Source of the DNA: Eledone cirrhosa
Lineage: Eukaryota
Assembly: GCA_964016885.1 (NCBI GenBank)
Contig: OZ024748.1
Location: 59,954,001-60,018,000 of the forward strand
Length of the DNA stretch: 64,000 bases
Reading direction: 5' to 3'
The notes under the pieces are model-generated. The model was not told the origin of the DNA. It saw only the letters and a list, made by a program, of their open reading frames with translations, and searched no databases. Of this stretch, positions 1 to 13,767 are shown in pieces; position 1 is the stretch's first letter; each line of letters opens with the position of its first letter. Made by a program: the position numbers and the translations under genes.

Positions 1-62
1 ATCGTAGCAGTCTTACGAAAGAGGGAGTACTGGATATATATAATGAAGTATTCTTTATTATA

Positions 63-270
63 CAGGATGTCCTTAAAGTCTGGAGTCCTCTGGGACAACG
101 TATATTAAAACCATCTTCTATCTGTCGATATGACCATCCTTCAGGTCCAATGATAACTACCTGTACAAACTTTAATTCTTTCGACAAAATCATATTGAAT
201 CTGTGGGGCAAAACATTTATAGTTAGTTATAGTGATATTTCCTATGTGTCCAGACTTTAGAGATACCCTG
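63..270. mobile_element. Tc1/mariner-type MITE (~208 bp)
   Basis: Imperfect TIRs cagg(a)tgtccttaaagtctgga (63-84) and tccagactttagagataccctg (249-270), each flanked by TA (61-62, 271-272); no coding capacity. Confidence 0.7.
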
Positions 271-411
271 TAGATCGTTTTCAAATTCTCAAAGCGTGAC
301 CACAATGTTTCAGCAAAGACAGCATTCGCTCCGTTGTAGCAAAGTATGTGATCTCTAAATCCTAGAGAACACGGCGTTTGCTGAAACGTCGTTACCATGT
401 TGTGAGAATGT

Positions 412-706
412 GATATATATATGTATACACAACCACACACACACACTCACTCACACTAACACATACACCCACACACTCACGTATATATACATATATATAT
501 ATACATATAGGTTTATAAATATATTCATATATATAAATGTATTTATACCCCCTCCCCACACACACATATATATATATGTATATATATATATGTATATATA
601 TATATGTATATATATATATGTATATATATATATGTATATATATATATGTATATATATATATATGTATATATATATATGTATATATATATATGTATATATA
701 TATATG

Positions 707-738
<32 letters not shown>

Positions 739-786
739 TATACGTATATGTATATATATGTATATGTATAGATGTATATGTATGTA

Positions 787-845
<59 letters not shown>

Positions 846-943
846 ATATATATATATGTATATGTATATATGTTTATGTATGTATATACATGCATATACA
901 TGTATATACATGCATATACATATATATATGTATGTATGTATAT

Positions 944-985
<42 letters not shown>
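412..985. repeat. Compound (TA)n/(CA)n/(TATG)n microsatellite, representative of dozens across the window
   Basis: Direct reading; source of the YI/IY-repeat pseudo-ORFs. Confidence 0.95.
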
Positions 986-986
<1 letters not shown>

Positions 987-1214
987 GAAATTAAGTATAT
1001 AGCGAATAATTTTGAGCAAATATAAATATCATATTCCATTTTAGCGTAATTAGAAAATCAACGAAGTAGCTAGGTTTCCCCGTGGTTGTGAGATCTTATG
1101 AAAATAACATAAGAAAACTCACAGCAAATAATATTTCATGAGCGAAACATTCAAGCAACCGTCTTTGATGTCGAATAGTAAATATTCTAGCACAACACTA
1201 ACACAAACATGTAT

Positions 1215-1247
<33 letters not shown>

Positions 1248-1295
1248 CCTATATACATATATACATACATACATACACACACACACACACTCATG

Positions 1296-1396
<101 letters not shown>

Positions 1397-2166
1397 CATA
1401 TATATATAATATATATAAATATATGTATATATATATATACACATGTGTATAGCAGACATAAACATAACGTCGTTATTTAGTTATTACTAAAAATAATGAG
1501 CTGAAATATCGAGAATAAACAATATATTTTCACACATACTCCCGAACGAACACTCATACATACACACAATCTAACACACACACACACACACACACACATT
1601 CATACATAGATACATTCATACATACAAACATATGTTTAACCATACATATTCTCTCGTACACAACTTCACATATACATACATACGTTTAACCATACATATT
1701 CTTTGGTACATAACTTCACATATACATACATAGTTTGGAAGTTTCCTAGATTAGCACCTGAAATTATTTAGTGAAAATAACCCCGTGTTATTTAAGGTGG
1801 TTCATGGTAGACCTAATTAGTCAAAACAGTTATGGGGACGTTTCTGATAATGGAGACGAAAGGAAAAACATCGTTACTGCATTATTATGGACGATGTTCT
1901 ACAATTCTAAATATATCTATATGATATCTTTTTTTCTCTCTTTCCCTCTCTCTATATATAAAAATATGTATATCACCTTACAGTCAGCAGTTAATTGCGT
2001 ATGAAACATTTTAGAGTTGAGTTATTTCTAAGTTAGTACATAACCAATGATAGAACACAATGAAAATATTGATATTTAGGACACAACTTCTCCAGTTTAC
2101 TTGTTTATTTTTTGCTCATGTATCTGCCAATATATTTACAAGCGAGAAGATAAAAAGTTTACACAT

Positions 2167-2314
<148 letters not shown>

Positions 2315-2602
2315 ATATATATATATTCATATATACGTCTGTGTAAATATATGTATAATATATATATATATATATATATGATCAAATAAAATTCAGATTT
2401 CTTTATTCATTGCTATATATGTATGAAATATTTAGTAGGCATACTGTAATCTTTCAAATCTTAACGTTTTCTTTGACTAGTTCACTGGTGGTATTCATTC
2501 CAAATATCCGAATTCTTTATTTAATTATTCACTTTATTCATGTAACTAATTATTGTAATGACTTTTACATAATTTCATTATAATATAATATAATATAATA
2601 TA

Positions 2603-2673
<71 letters not shown>

Positions 2674-3411
2674 TATATATAAAGCAAATTAATTTAGAAA
2701 AAACTTTATTTTTATTCCCTGGTATTAACTATAGTATTATTAATTATTAATTCATTTTGAGTTTTAAGTATTATTACAAAAGCGAAATGAAAAAAAAAAA
2801 ATTATTCTAATGTTTATCCTGTTGGCAGAAAATAAATTTAAATAAGGCCCAGTTATAAAGAATATGTTTTGTTTAGATTATATCATATTTCACTGAATTC
2901 TTTTGATTTTAGTTTGAAATATTAATATAAAAACAAAAACTAAAAGGAAATGTATTCTAGCCTTCATCCTGTAGGCAGAAAATAAATTTAAACAAGACCC
3001 AATAAAGAATACCAGGATATTAATTATAAACAATAAGATTTGTATAAACAAGTCTAGGTTTTGCTTTAGTTTCCCCTCCATAAGCGTTTCTTTATAAATC
3101 AAACACAAACAACTGCTTCACGAGAACGATAACGATATAACAATAACAACAGAATATAACAGCAATATTAATTCTAATATAACAATGAACTCTGAAGGCC
3201 AGTAACAATTTTCTTTTTAAAAATGTTCTGTATATCGAATGAAAGGATAGATTTCAAAGATTGTTACTTTTCTGAAAACTTCCGTTCGTGGATTCTTATT
3301 TCAACTTCTCAATATCTGATATATTATATCGATGGGTTACCCATTGATTGAACGATGTGGCATCGGATGTATATATATATATATATATGTATGTTTGTAT
3401 ATATTTATGTG

Positions 3412-3466
<55 letters not shown>

Positions 3467-3567
3467 GTGTATGTATATATATATTTATGTGTATGTATAT
3501 ACATATATATATATATATGTGTGTGTATGTATATATATATATGTGTATGTATATATATATTTATGTG

Positions 3568-3622
<55 letters not shown>

Positions 3623-3653
3623 GTGTATGTATATATATATATTTATGTGTATG

Positions 3654-3710
<57 letters not shown>

Positions 3711-3743
3711 ATGTATATATATGTGTATGTATATATATATGTG

Positions 3744-3803
<60 letters not shown>

Positions 3804-4028
3804 AAGCTTTTCGTATGTCAATTTAACACGCTATTTCTTATATATGCATACATGCATATAATCTACACATTCACAAACATTTATTTTCTATATATACATA
3901 TGCTATATATATTTTGTGTATGATAAAAGTTCCTGGGAATGTAGTTTTATTCAGAGATTCTTTGAGAGGTCGTATAATACTTCACGACATAAATACTAAA
4001 TACAAATATACATATAAACACACACATA

Positions 4029-4066
<38 letters not shown>

Positions 4067-4419
4067 TATATATGTATGTGTGTATGTATGAGTGTATATA
4101 TGTGTGTGTATATATGTGTGAAGGTGCGCCCGTTTACGAATGTATGTAAACGTATGCGTTTATTATATGAATGTGTGCATATTGTATATACTTTTGCTAT
4201 TTTTTGACGGTTGTTCGATCGATGTGATTAATATGCTCAAAGCCGAGAGATTTTCGACCAAAATTTAACACTTGTTTCCCGTGGTTGTCAGGAAAAAAAA
4301 TAACAATTACAAGTTAATGGAGCTTCTTTTATATTATAAATAACATCGCTCTGCTCTGTAATGGAAAAACACTTCGCGTTGCCTGTTGAAAGGTGAACAC
4401 ATATAAAATAAGTGTTTGT

Positions 4420-4677
4420 CTAAAAGTTCATGGAAGATCTCCGCACTTGTTCTGGAGGTACAGGAATATCAAGTGTTAATTGGTTGATGCAAGGTGATGA
4501 CTGCCGCCTAGGAGCATACTTATCCCGATAATATTTCTCAAGTTCGTTGTGACGTTTCGTTTTCATATACTCAGTCACTTGAACGCTCTGTTTCCGTTTC
4601 CGGTTATATTGCACTGATTTCGCCTCAACTGGTTCAAGACCGACAGTTTTTAAACAGCTACTGACCATATCACCCAT
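4420..4677 (-). CDS. Candidate 85-aa host protein or exon of unknown function (MGDMVSSC... with several R/K-R/K-x-S motifs)
   Basis: Non-repetitive ORF with natural composition, start context aaatATGG and TAG stop; possible upstream minus-strand acceptor (ttctttatttcttttcag) ending near 5438. No homologue recognised. Confidence 0.45.
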   Translation of the reverse strand: MGDMVSSCLKTVGLEPVEAKSVQYNRKRKQSVQVTEYMKTKRHNELEKYYRDKYAPRRQSSPCINQLTLDIPVPPEQVRRSSMNF

Positions 4678-5002
4678 ATTTCTGTGTTGATATTTGGCGA
4701 TTAACTGAGGAAACTCTCGTGAACTCTGGTGTTAAAATCTCGTGAAGTTTTGTAAATTAAAGTCTTTCAATGTTTTGTAAAAATCTCGAGATGTCGTGTA
4801 ATTTCCCGTTAAATCTCGTAAAATCCCGTGAATCCTTGTAAAACTTCGTGAAAAATTACGAAATACTCGTAAGGTTTGGTGAACTCTCGAAAATACACCC
4901 GAATTCTTCAAGTTCTTTTAAAAGACAACAAAATATTTCCGCAATATATTGTTAAAAAATTGTTGTTCTTGATAAGATTCTTCTCCTTGTTAATATTATT
5001 AC

Positions 5003-5087
<85 letters not shown>

Positions 5088-5208
5088 ATTATTATTATTT
5101 ATGTGGCGAATATTAATGTGTTTCTTTATCTCTTTAGATTATGATAATCGGGAAAGTGTTTTGTGATTTTTCAAAATGATGAAGTCAGTTGATATGTAAG
5201 TAAACATA

Positions 5209-5334
<126 letters not shown>

Positions 5335-5693
5335 GAGTCTTGGTGCTGTTTGCAGACTCCGAAAAGTTTGTAAAACGTCCGCTTTTGTTAATCCATGTCC
5401 TCATATAAACATCACTGAAATCTCTGTTTTTCTTCACCTGAAAAGAAATAAAGAATAGACAATATTTTAAAATGCATCGTCTGTGTGAATTATTTCATTT
5501 AAATAACACGTAAAATTGTAAATAACAATGAACAGAGTTGTAGGACCTGTGACATGTATTTAAAACCAAATCTTGAAACAGTTAACACATATACGCATAT
5601 ACACATACCGAGATCAGGGAAACCACAAATGAAGATAGTACTCTGTGCATAAGGAAGAGTAGATTGGCTATAAAAAGTAACTTCCTTTATATA

Positions 5694-5742
<49 letters not shown>

Positions 5743-6245
5743 AACGTAGACTTCTACAATGTATGCTCCCCTAAAGATACGTTCGTCATTGAAGTGTTGC
5801 GAAGTACTGGAACGATCGTAAGAATCGTTATTCATACAGAGATACGAAATACTTACTTACACACACACACATGCACACACATACACACACATACACACAT
5901 ACATATTTATATACGTATATATATATTGTTTTTTTACATATATATATACATACGTATATAAATATAAATATATATATATATATCTTGCATCAGTGTTTCT
6001 ATCTCTATACTGAATTAACAATTTCCCATTTCAAAAAGGTGAACATTTATCTGAGTGACTTGTGGGAATAACAGAATAGAAATAAGTAACGTGATACCAT
6101 AACTCTGATCCCAGTCGATCCATGATTTGTGTATCCTAAACTCTGGTCAAATTATTGATCCTAAAGAAGCCTCCAGGTTGTCACACACAACCAGATTATA
6201 TCTAGAAGTCAATCTCCTTATAGAGATTATTCCCAATCCTCAAAC

Positions 6246-6368
<123 letters not shown>

Positions 6369-6525
6369 CAACTTTTCTAGCTGTCTGTCTGCCGGTCTGT
6401 CCGTCTCTCTCCCCCCCCCTCTCTCTCTCTCTCTCGCTCCCTCTCTCTGCTCTCTCTGTCTCTGTATATATATATATATAAATACACTCCCTCTAATATA
6501 TATATATATATATATAAAAATATAA

Positions 6526-6579
<54 letters not shown>

Positions 6580-7329
6580 CCATGTAATATATTCTAAAAT
6601 CTGAAATGTAGTATAGACGTTTGTAAGCTTCTCCTATTGCGATCTCTGTCTGTCTGCCTGTCGGTCTGTCTCTCCCTCCCTCCCTCCCTCTCTCGTACAT
6701 ATACACATACACGCATACGTATATACATACATTTATATAACTATTATATAACAATATATTTATGCATATCCACAGATATAGGAATTCAGTTTTTGCGTCT
6801 CTTGTGAAAGCTGTCATCTAATATTTTTCCCAATACGGACAAATAAAGCATCACTATCGACATTATCCCTCACCTCTTCATCCTCTCTATCATCATCATT
6901 ACCATTATTATTATTATCGTCGTCACTGTCACCACAGGGATGCTTAGTATCATCAATACACACACGGACACATGTATGCACTCGAATTCATTAATACATA
7001 CTACTAACATAACATACTATACTTTATTTGTATGTATGTATGTATGTATGTATGTATGTATGTATGTATGTATGTATGTATGTATGTATGTATGTATGTA
7101 TGGAGGGTGATTTTGGACACACTGCAGGACAAAAAACAAAACTTGACATGTTGATTTAGAATTCTACTATTTATTTTAGCGATGTTCTGGGCCATTTTCA
7201 TAGTTGTAGAATAAGAAAGCTTAATTGTGTGTCTGTTAAATATGGAACGGTATTTATGTTGAATGGGGAAGGATTTATCTAAAGCTTTAAAGAATAGATT
7301 TGCGAGTGGAGTTTTTATTGCTACATATG

Positions 7330-7441
<112 letters not shown>

Positions 7442-7742
7442 AGTTAATATAAATTAATATATGATAAACACATAAGTGTTTGTATTGTAAAAGACGAAGT
7501 TAGCTAGAATGAAATAAACTAATTCAAATAAATATAGTTTGCCTGTCTCGATTTAAAATAATAAATCAATAAAAACAAACCCATATTGGCAATAACCGTC
7601 ATACCTGGACACATTTAAATTTCAAAATCCAAACCTGTTCCGCAGACAAATTTGAATTTCAAAACCCAAATAAGTTTCGCATAATTAATTGTAAAGGACT
7701 GTTTGAGTTTATAACTCTAAATATAATATTATATATATATAT

Positions 7743-8032
7743 AAAACACTTGCGAGCAGTAAAGTGTTAAATCAACTTATGTTGATTTAACACTTCACTG
7801 CTCGCATGTGTTTTTAAAGCTTCATATCATGACGCCCTATTTTATCTGATGAGAACGCAAATATCATCCCATGGTGATATTTGTTTTTGAAATGCGCATA
7901 ATAAAATACATGGAACTCTTTTAAGTATCTTTTGACTTTATATTATTTATACTCCAGTCCTATAATCAGTTGAGTGCTACTTATCCGATATTTGCATTGC
8001 TTTATTGTGCTACAATAAAACTCACCTCCTAC

Positions 8033-8035
<3 letters not shown>
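7743..8035 (+). mobile_element. Penelope-type pLTR fragment with 5' fold-back, between (TA)n tracts
   Basis: Clearly similar to 61745-61910 downstream of the GIY-YIG ORF; hairpin at 7743-7815; contains a hammerhead and the ACTC..GAGT motif (7951-7975). Confidence 0.8.
7838..7908 (+). ncRNA. Type I hammerhead ribozyme
   Basis: Stem I tattttat/ataaaata; CTGATGA 7846-7852; stem II caaatatcatc/ggtgatatttg; GAAA 7889-7892; palindromic stem III tgcgca; UA site 7899-7900. Confidence 0.85.
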
Positions 8036-8129
<94 letters not shown>

Positions 8130-8887
8130 GTATATGAGTGTGTGTGTGTTTCTGGAATTAGTCACATAATTAAAGATATAACAAAATATTGGAAAATATT
8201 GGAAACTCAGAATTATTTTTATATCTGGCCTCTGAAGACTTCCTTCTACAGACTTTTAAAATCTTCTTAATATATATATATACACCCACATATACACACA
8301 CATATATATATATAGATATATATTCACATATATGTGACATAGAGAAAATAAAATTGATATAAATAACAATTATCACACATTATAGAAAGGATATTTACAC
8401 AAAAGTTTCCAATTTACCTTTGTGAATTTTGCAAAGCGTCAGGTGAAAAAGAAAATATTGAAAAAAAAAAAAATTAATATGAAAAAAATGAAAAATAATA
8501 TAATATAATAAAAAAAAAATTAAAAAAAATACTAAATAAAACGGATAAAACAAATAAAAGCTTCCAGACAATAGAGTTTATACTATTTCTTTTCTTTGAA
8601 ACACTTTGTAACTGAGAAATAAGTTAAGTAAACAACATCGCTCTGTACAAAAGGTCACGACCATTCTTCTCATGTTTTAGAAATTAGCACTTAAAAAATA
8701 TATTTTATATATTATAATTCTTAATAGCATGCTTATCATTCGTTTCGTTCTGACTGAATATATATATATATATATATATCCTTTCTATATATTACACTCT
8801 GTATAGCTCTACACATCATCACAGAGTGAACCTAAACATCGAGTGCTCACCCGGGTGAACCTGCAGTAACTCCTAGTTAAACCCCCT

Positions 8888-8971
<84 letters not shown>

Positions 8972-8972
<1 letters not shown>

Positions 8973-9161
8973 GGAAAATGTTTAACCAAGACGGCAGAGC
9001 TCCAGTCGTTTCGACGGCTGTTTCAGTCCAGAAATACCCGTCGAACGGCTGGAGCTCTGCCGCCGGGGTTATACATTTTCCTATTACCCACTCTACTACC
9101 CTAAGTATTGAGTACTCTGATGCGTTATGGTCTATCTGGTTCCTTACCACACTTCCTTCGT
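8972..9161 (+). mobile_element. Fold-back mini-element with the 3' half of a hammerhead (other copies at 22566-22767 + and 31552-31741 -)
   Basis: Long hairpin followed by a shared ~80-nt tail with actc..gagtactct; the family reads GAAA-cggc..gcYg-TC-ggggt (clearest in the 31552 copy); three copies, all in (TA)n. Confidence 0.7.
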
Positions 9162-9202
9162 TATATATATATATATATATATGTATATGTATATATATGT
9201 GT

Positions 9203-9398
9203 GTGGATTGGCAGTATCGGTAGGGAGTCGGACGCCATGTTTTCCAGCAGAGTTACGTCCCTCTACGGTCTGAGTTCAAATCCCGCCGAGGTTCACTTTG
9301 CCTTTCATCCTTACGGGGTCGATAAAATAAAGTACCAGTAATGTACTGGTTAATTGCTGGCCTTGTGCCAAAAGTAGAAACAATTATTATTATTATTA
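9203..9398 (+). mobile_element. tRNA-derived SINE, family A
   Basis: A-box-like tggcagtatcgg, B-box gagttcaaatccc, core gcctttcatccttacggggtcgataaaataaagtaccag, (ATT)n tail; many copies in the window. Confidence 0.85.
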
Positions 9399-10635
9399 GT
9401 GTAGAAAGGACAAGTTCCGTTGGCCAGGCGGTCCATCTGCTGCCAGCACCCTCTACGCGGAGGGCTGGGCATGCCGTGGCTAATGATGCGCAGACATGCG
9501 CTGAGGCTGAGACATCTCTAGATATTCTGCCTAAACGGTGAACAGGTGTGGTCGCCGTTTATCAGACGGGCCTTTCCGGAGCTCGTTTCTTTGACTGAGC
9601 TGCAGTCCTGGGTCAAGAAGAGACCGTGACTGAGTGACTGGCATCTGGAATGTTGCCAGGCACTTACTGCCCTCTACCAAGCGGGCAATGCGATCAGTGG
9701 AACTTCCACTCTCGAGTTCTATAGAGGATTAGTGGTGGGCAAGTGCGATGACGTACTCGGAGAAGCTTTGGGCCTCGACGAAGTCGAACTGACCAGTTTG
9801 TACCGGAGGACTTTCGAGCCGGAGACAATGGACAATTTCCAGAAATCCCTGGCTTGGCAGTGCTACCGGGGGCACTGCCGGTTCGGGATAAACTTTACAA
9901 GCACGGAGGTGCTGTCAAACGGACCTGCCAAAGATGCGCACAGAGCGACGAAACCATTCTGCACGCACTTGTCCAATGACCGTGCATTACTGACTTGTGG
10001 AGTTATGTCGAACAGCTACTGTCGTGTGTTGTACGGATCCGGCTATCGACTGAGTCCATAGTGAAGATCGACCTGCCGCCTTCCTTAGGTCAGGAAGAGC
10101 AGGCAATTTTCCTCTGTCTGGTGGCTGTTGCGAAAGAGGTTATATGGTAGACCAGATAAAAAGGACTGAAGACAGACACTTTTCTCTTCGGCCAATTCCT
10201 CATCAACTTCTTCGAGTTTCACCTGGAAAGGAAGGTGGAGAGAGAAGTGCTGTCCCCCAGTACATTTGCTAAAAGGTGGATGAATGTGGCGAGAATGGCC
10301 CGTGTGAATGGGCCTACTCTGACCATACGCCTATAGGCTAGCTAACTCGAGGAGAGAGGAGTGCTCTTCATGGGTGCCCTAGAAGCGCAGGGTGGTTCAG
10401 GATTGGTGGGGTACCTGAGTCTCCTCTGGGTCGTCCACCCGCTATAGGGGAATATATTTTGTTACATTTATGCATAGTTTATTTTATATTTTTATATCTC
10501 CATTATTAAATTAGTCTTGCCATTGTGTACTTTTACTCAACCTTATTGTAAACCCCCACTGTGCCTGTCTTTGTATTGTCCTCTACATGTCGGCCCTTGT
10601 GGCTAATAAATGAAATTATTATTATTATTATTATT
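9399..10635 (+). mobile_element. 5'-truncated, degraded Tx1/L1-clade LINE (post-RT GGLG region, zf-RVT, 3'UTR)
   Basis: Broken frames give HPLRGGLGMPWLMMRRHALRLRHL and AWQCYRG-ALPVRDKL...CQRCAQSDETILHAL; ends aataaa plus (ATT)n. Confidence 0.75.
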
Positions 10636-10823
10636 GTTCTTTGAGTCTCAGTCATTGATGTTATTTAACTGGAAAGTTTGTTGAAATGAATATCAAGCCA
10701 CTACTTGCAGCCTCAGATATTCAGGACGTATCGAAGGGTTCTTGCTGTTCCCAGCAAGCATGCCTTTTGAAGTGTTCCAGAAAGCGGGGCGGGACCAATT
10801 TTCTTTAACCATCCTTGGAAACT

Positions 10824-12008
10824 CTATGAGATAGTACCTAATGCGCCTATGACAATCGGGACCACTTTGACTTCATGGCAGTTCCAAATCCTTTTTACCT
10901 CCCACTTTAAGTCCTGGTGTCGGTTAATTTTCTCCCTCTCCTTTTCTTGCACTCTCGTGTCAAATGGGCAGGCTACATCCACAATCAGGCACGATCTTTT
11001 TTCCTTGTCCAAAACCACCAGGTCAGGTCTATTGTATTCCAGTTTCTTGTCCGTCTGTATCCTAAAATCCCACAGCACCTTCACCTGATCGTTTTCTATC
11101 ACCGACTCTGGCTTATGCTCATACTTCTTAGAATGTGGTAAACTGTTTACTTTGCATAGGTGCCAGTGGATAACCCTGCCCATCACATCATGTCTCCAGC
11201 CTTTATAGTGAGTTTGGTCTTGGTGTTTACACTCGGATACAATGTGAGCCACAGTCTCCACTCTCTCTCCACAGATCCTACACAGTGGGCTAGCCTCCTC
11301 CTTGTAAATATGGTGTTTCAGCCGCTTCGTTTTGAGGGCCTGCTCTTGCGCAGCCATTAGCATTCCGTCTGTAGCCTTTTTAAGGTCTCCTCTTTTCAAC
11401 CAGTTCCATGTCTGTGGATCTCTAAATTCAGTTTTCTCAAAGAAGGTACGATGAAGGGATTTTACATGAAGGTTGCTCTTTCTCCTTTTTGTTATTTCCT
11501 CCTTGGACATCCCCTGGTCTATTGTCCCCTCCTTCAGTACAATTCTGAGCATTGGCTCCCCACTATCAGTCACGTATTTGTGTAGGTTGTTTTTCTCCAT
11601 CTGAACACAGTCCTCTATGCTGATAAGACCTCTTCCACCTTCAGATCTCCTTAAGTAGAGTCTATCGACATCACTCCTCTTGTGGAACATGTTGTAGATA
11701 GTCAATAGCTTCCTAGTCTTCCTATCCATTTCTTTTTGTTCAGCAACATTCCATCTCAGAATTCCCGCACTGTACCTAATAATAGACACAGCTTTGGAAT
11801 TTACTGCACTTATGGCATTCCTACTGTTCAGATGTGACTTTAATACGTTCCTTACTCTCCGAATGTATTCAGATCTTAACAATTCCTTCATTTTTCTGTT
11901 CTTGATGTCATCAGCCTCCAGAACACCCAAATACTTGTATCCTTCTTCAGTGTCAATTTCCTTTATCATCTCACCTGTTGGTACCTGAATTCCGTTGCTT
12001 CTGCTCAA
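10824..12008 (-). pseudogene. C-terminal portion of Dong/R4 ORF (thumb, zinc knuckle, RLE)
   Basis: YKYLGV, GGRGL, CRICGERVETVAHIVSEC, RHD, RPDLVVLDKEKRSCLIVDVACP; premature stop at 10824, with homology continuing (LQKACLLGTARTLR) to about 10715. Confidence 0.9.
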
Positions 12009-12009
12009 T

Positions 12010-13419
12010 TTACCCCCTCTTCATCACAAGGACTCCACACTTACTAATACCAAATTGCATACATATATCATTGCTGAAAATACGGACAGTGTCAACAAGC
12101 ACATCCAACTCCTTCTCACTCTTCCCGAAGAGCTTAAGATCGTCCATGAAGAGGAGGTGATTGATGGTAAGCTCTCCCTTTCCCAACTTGTATCGTGCTC
12201 TCACTTTTCGCAGTATAATGGTCAGGGGCATCAGGGCAAGGACAAACAACAGAGGGGACAGACTATCTCCCTGGAAGATACCTCTCTTGATCTTCACGGC
12301 TCCCAAGGATTCTCCAGCTGATGTTAACTCTGTTTTCCAGGACTTCATACTTTTGCTCAACAACTGTCTGATGTTATCTGCCACTCTCAAGATCTCTAGT
12401 CTTTTGGTTATCCAAGAATGAGGCACCATGTCAAATGCCTTTTTGTAGTCTATCCATCCCATGGCAAGACCAGTGTGTCTCCTCTTGCAATTCCTCATTA
12501 CCATCTTATCAATAAGTAAATGGTCCTTTGTACCACGGGGATTCTTTCGGCATCCTTTCTGTTCGTCCGGTAACAAGTTGTTTGTGTGCAGGTGGTGGTA
12601 GATTTCCTCAGACATAATGCTTGTCAACAGTTTCCACATTACGGACAGACATGTGATAGGTCTATAGTTGGTAACATCATAACCCTTGATTCGGTCTTTC
12701 ATTACCAGAACTGTGGTACCTTCTGTCAACCACTCTGGTACCTCACCTGACATGAACATGGTTGTCAGTTTCGGGTGGAGGGGTGTTATATTTTTAATCC
12801 AATACCCCTGCAAACCATCTGGGCCTGGTGATTTCCAGTTGGTTAGTTTTTTGGCCTGCCCCTTAAGAGTTTCAACTGTGATAATCAAATCAGTTTGTTG
12901 GTGTGCCTGTTCACTAATCTCCTTTTGTACTGTCTTAATCCACACTGCCTGGTCATTATGTTTAACATCCTGCTCCCATATTCCTCTCCAGAATGTCTTG
13001 GTTTGTTCCGCTTCAGGGATCAAGTCGTTGCCTCTTTCTTTCCCTTCAAGCTGTCCAAACAACATCTTCTGGTTGTTGTCAAACATGCGGTTTTGTCCAT
13101 ACTGACTGACTCTGCTCTCGTATCGCCTAATTTTTGCACTCTTTGCTACAATGCGTTGCTTCAGTTCCTCTATGATAATATTTAGCTTTTTCCTCCTAGT
13201 TTTGTACTTTATTTCCAGTCTATTTTTAGTGTCTATGTTTTTTAGTGTCTCATTCAGTAGGGACTCAAGCTTTCCAATATCATTTCTCATATCCCTGATT
13301 TGACCATTCAGTCGTTTCCTCCACCAAGGTTCTGATCTTTCTTGTTTGTTGTTTCCTCTCGCTTTTAGCCAAGTAATTTCCTCACCGCATTTGCTGTTCC
13401 TTTGAGGATATTGTTGCAC
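12010..13419 (-). pseudogene. Reverse transcriptase portion of Dong/R4 ORF
   Basis: Motifs KSPGPDG, NYRPITCL, WIDYKKAFDMVPH, GIFQGDSLSPLLF, HLLFMDDLKL; frameshift near 12009. Confidence 0.9.
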
Positions 13420-13442
13420 TGGTGAAGGTTCCTCGCCTCAAG

Positions 13443-13486
<44 letters not shown>

Positions 13487-13767
13487 GTATAAATGTCAGA
13501 ATCTTTACCCACACGCATATATATGAATATATACATATATCTGTATATGTATATACATCTATTTGCCCATCTGACTCTGCTCTAACTCTCGTTCTCTCTC
13601 TCTTCATCTCTGTATATACACATATGCACATATGTGTATATATTTGTATACATGTATACACCTCTTTACCTCTTCTCTTCTGTATTCTTTCTAACGATAC
13701 AGTATATATATATATATATATGTGTGTGTATATATACATGTATATATACTGTATATATATATCTTTT

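Larger units (their letters stand above)
10636..13444 (-). mobile_element. 5'-truncated R4/Dong-type RLE non-LTR retrotransposon
   Basis: RT followed by a CCHC zinc knuckle and a PD-D restriction-like endonuclease; bounded on both sides by (TAA)n, the known Dong-type target. Confidence 0.85.
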
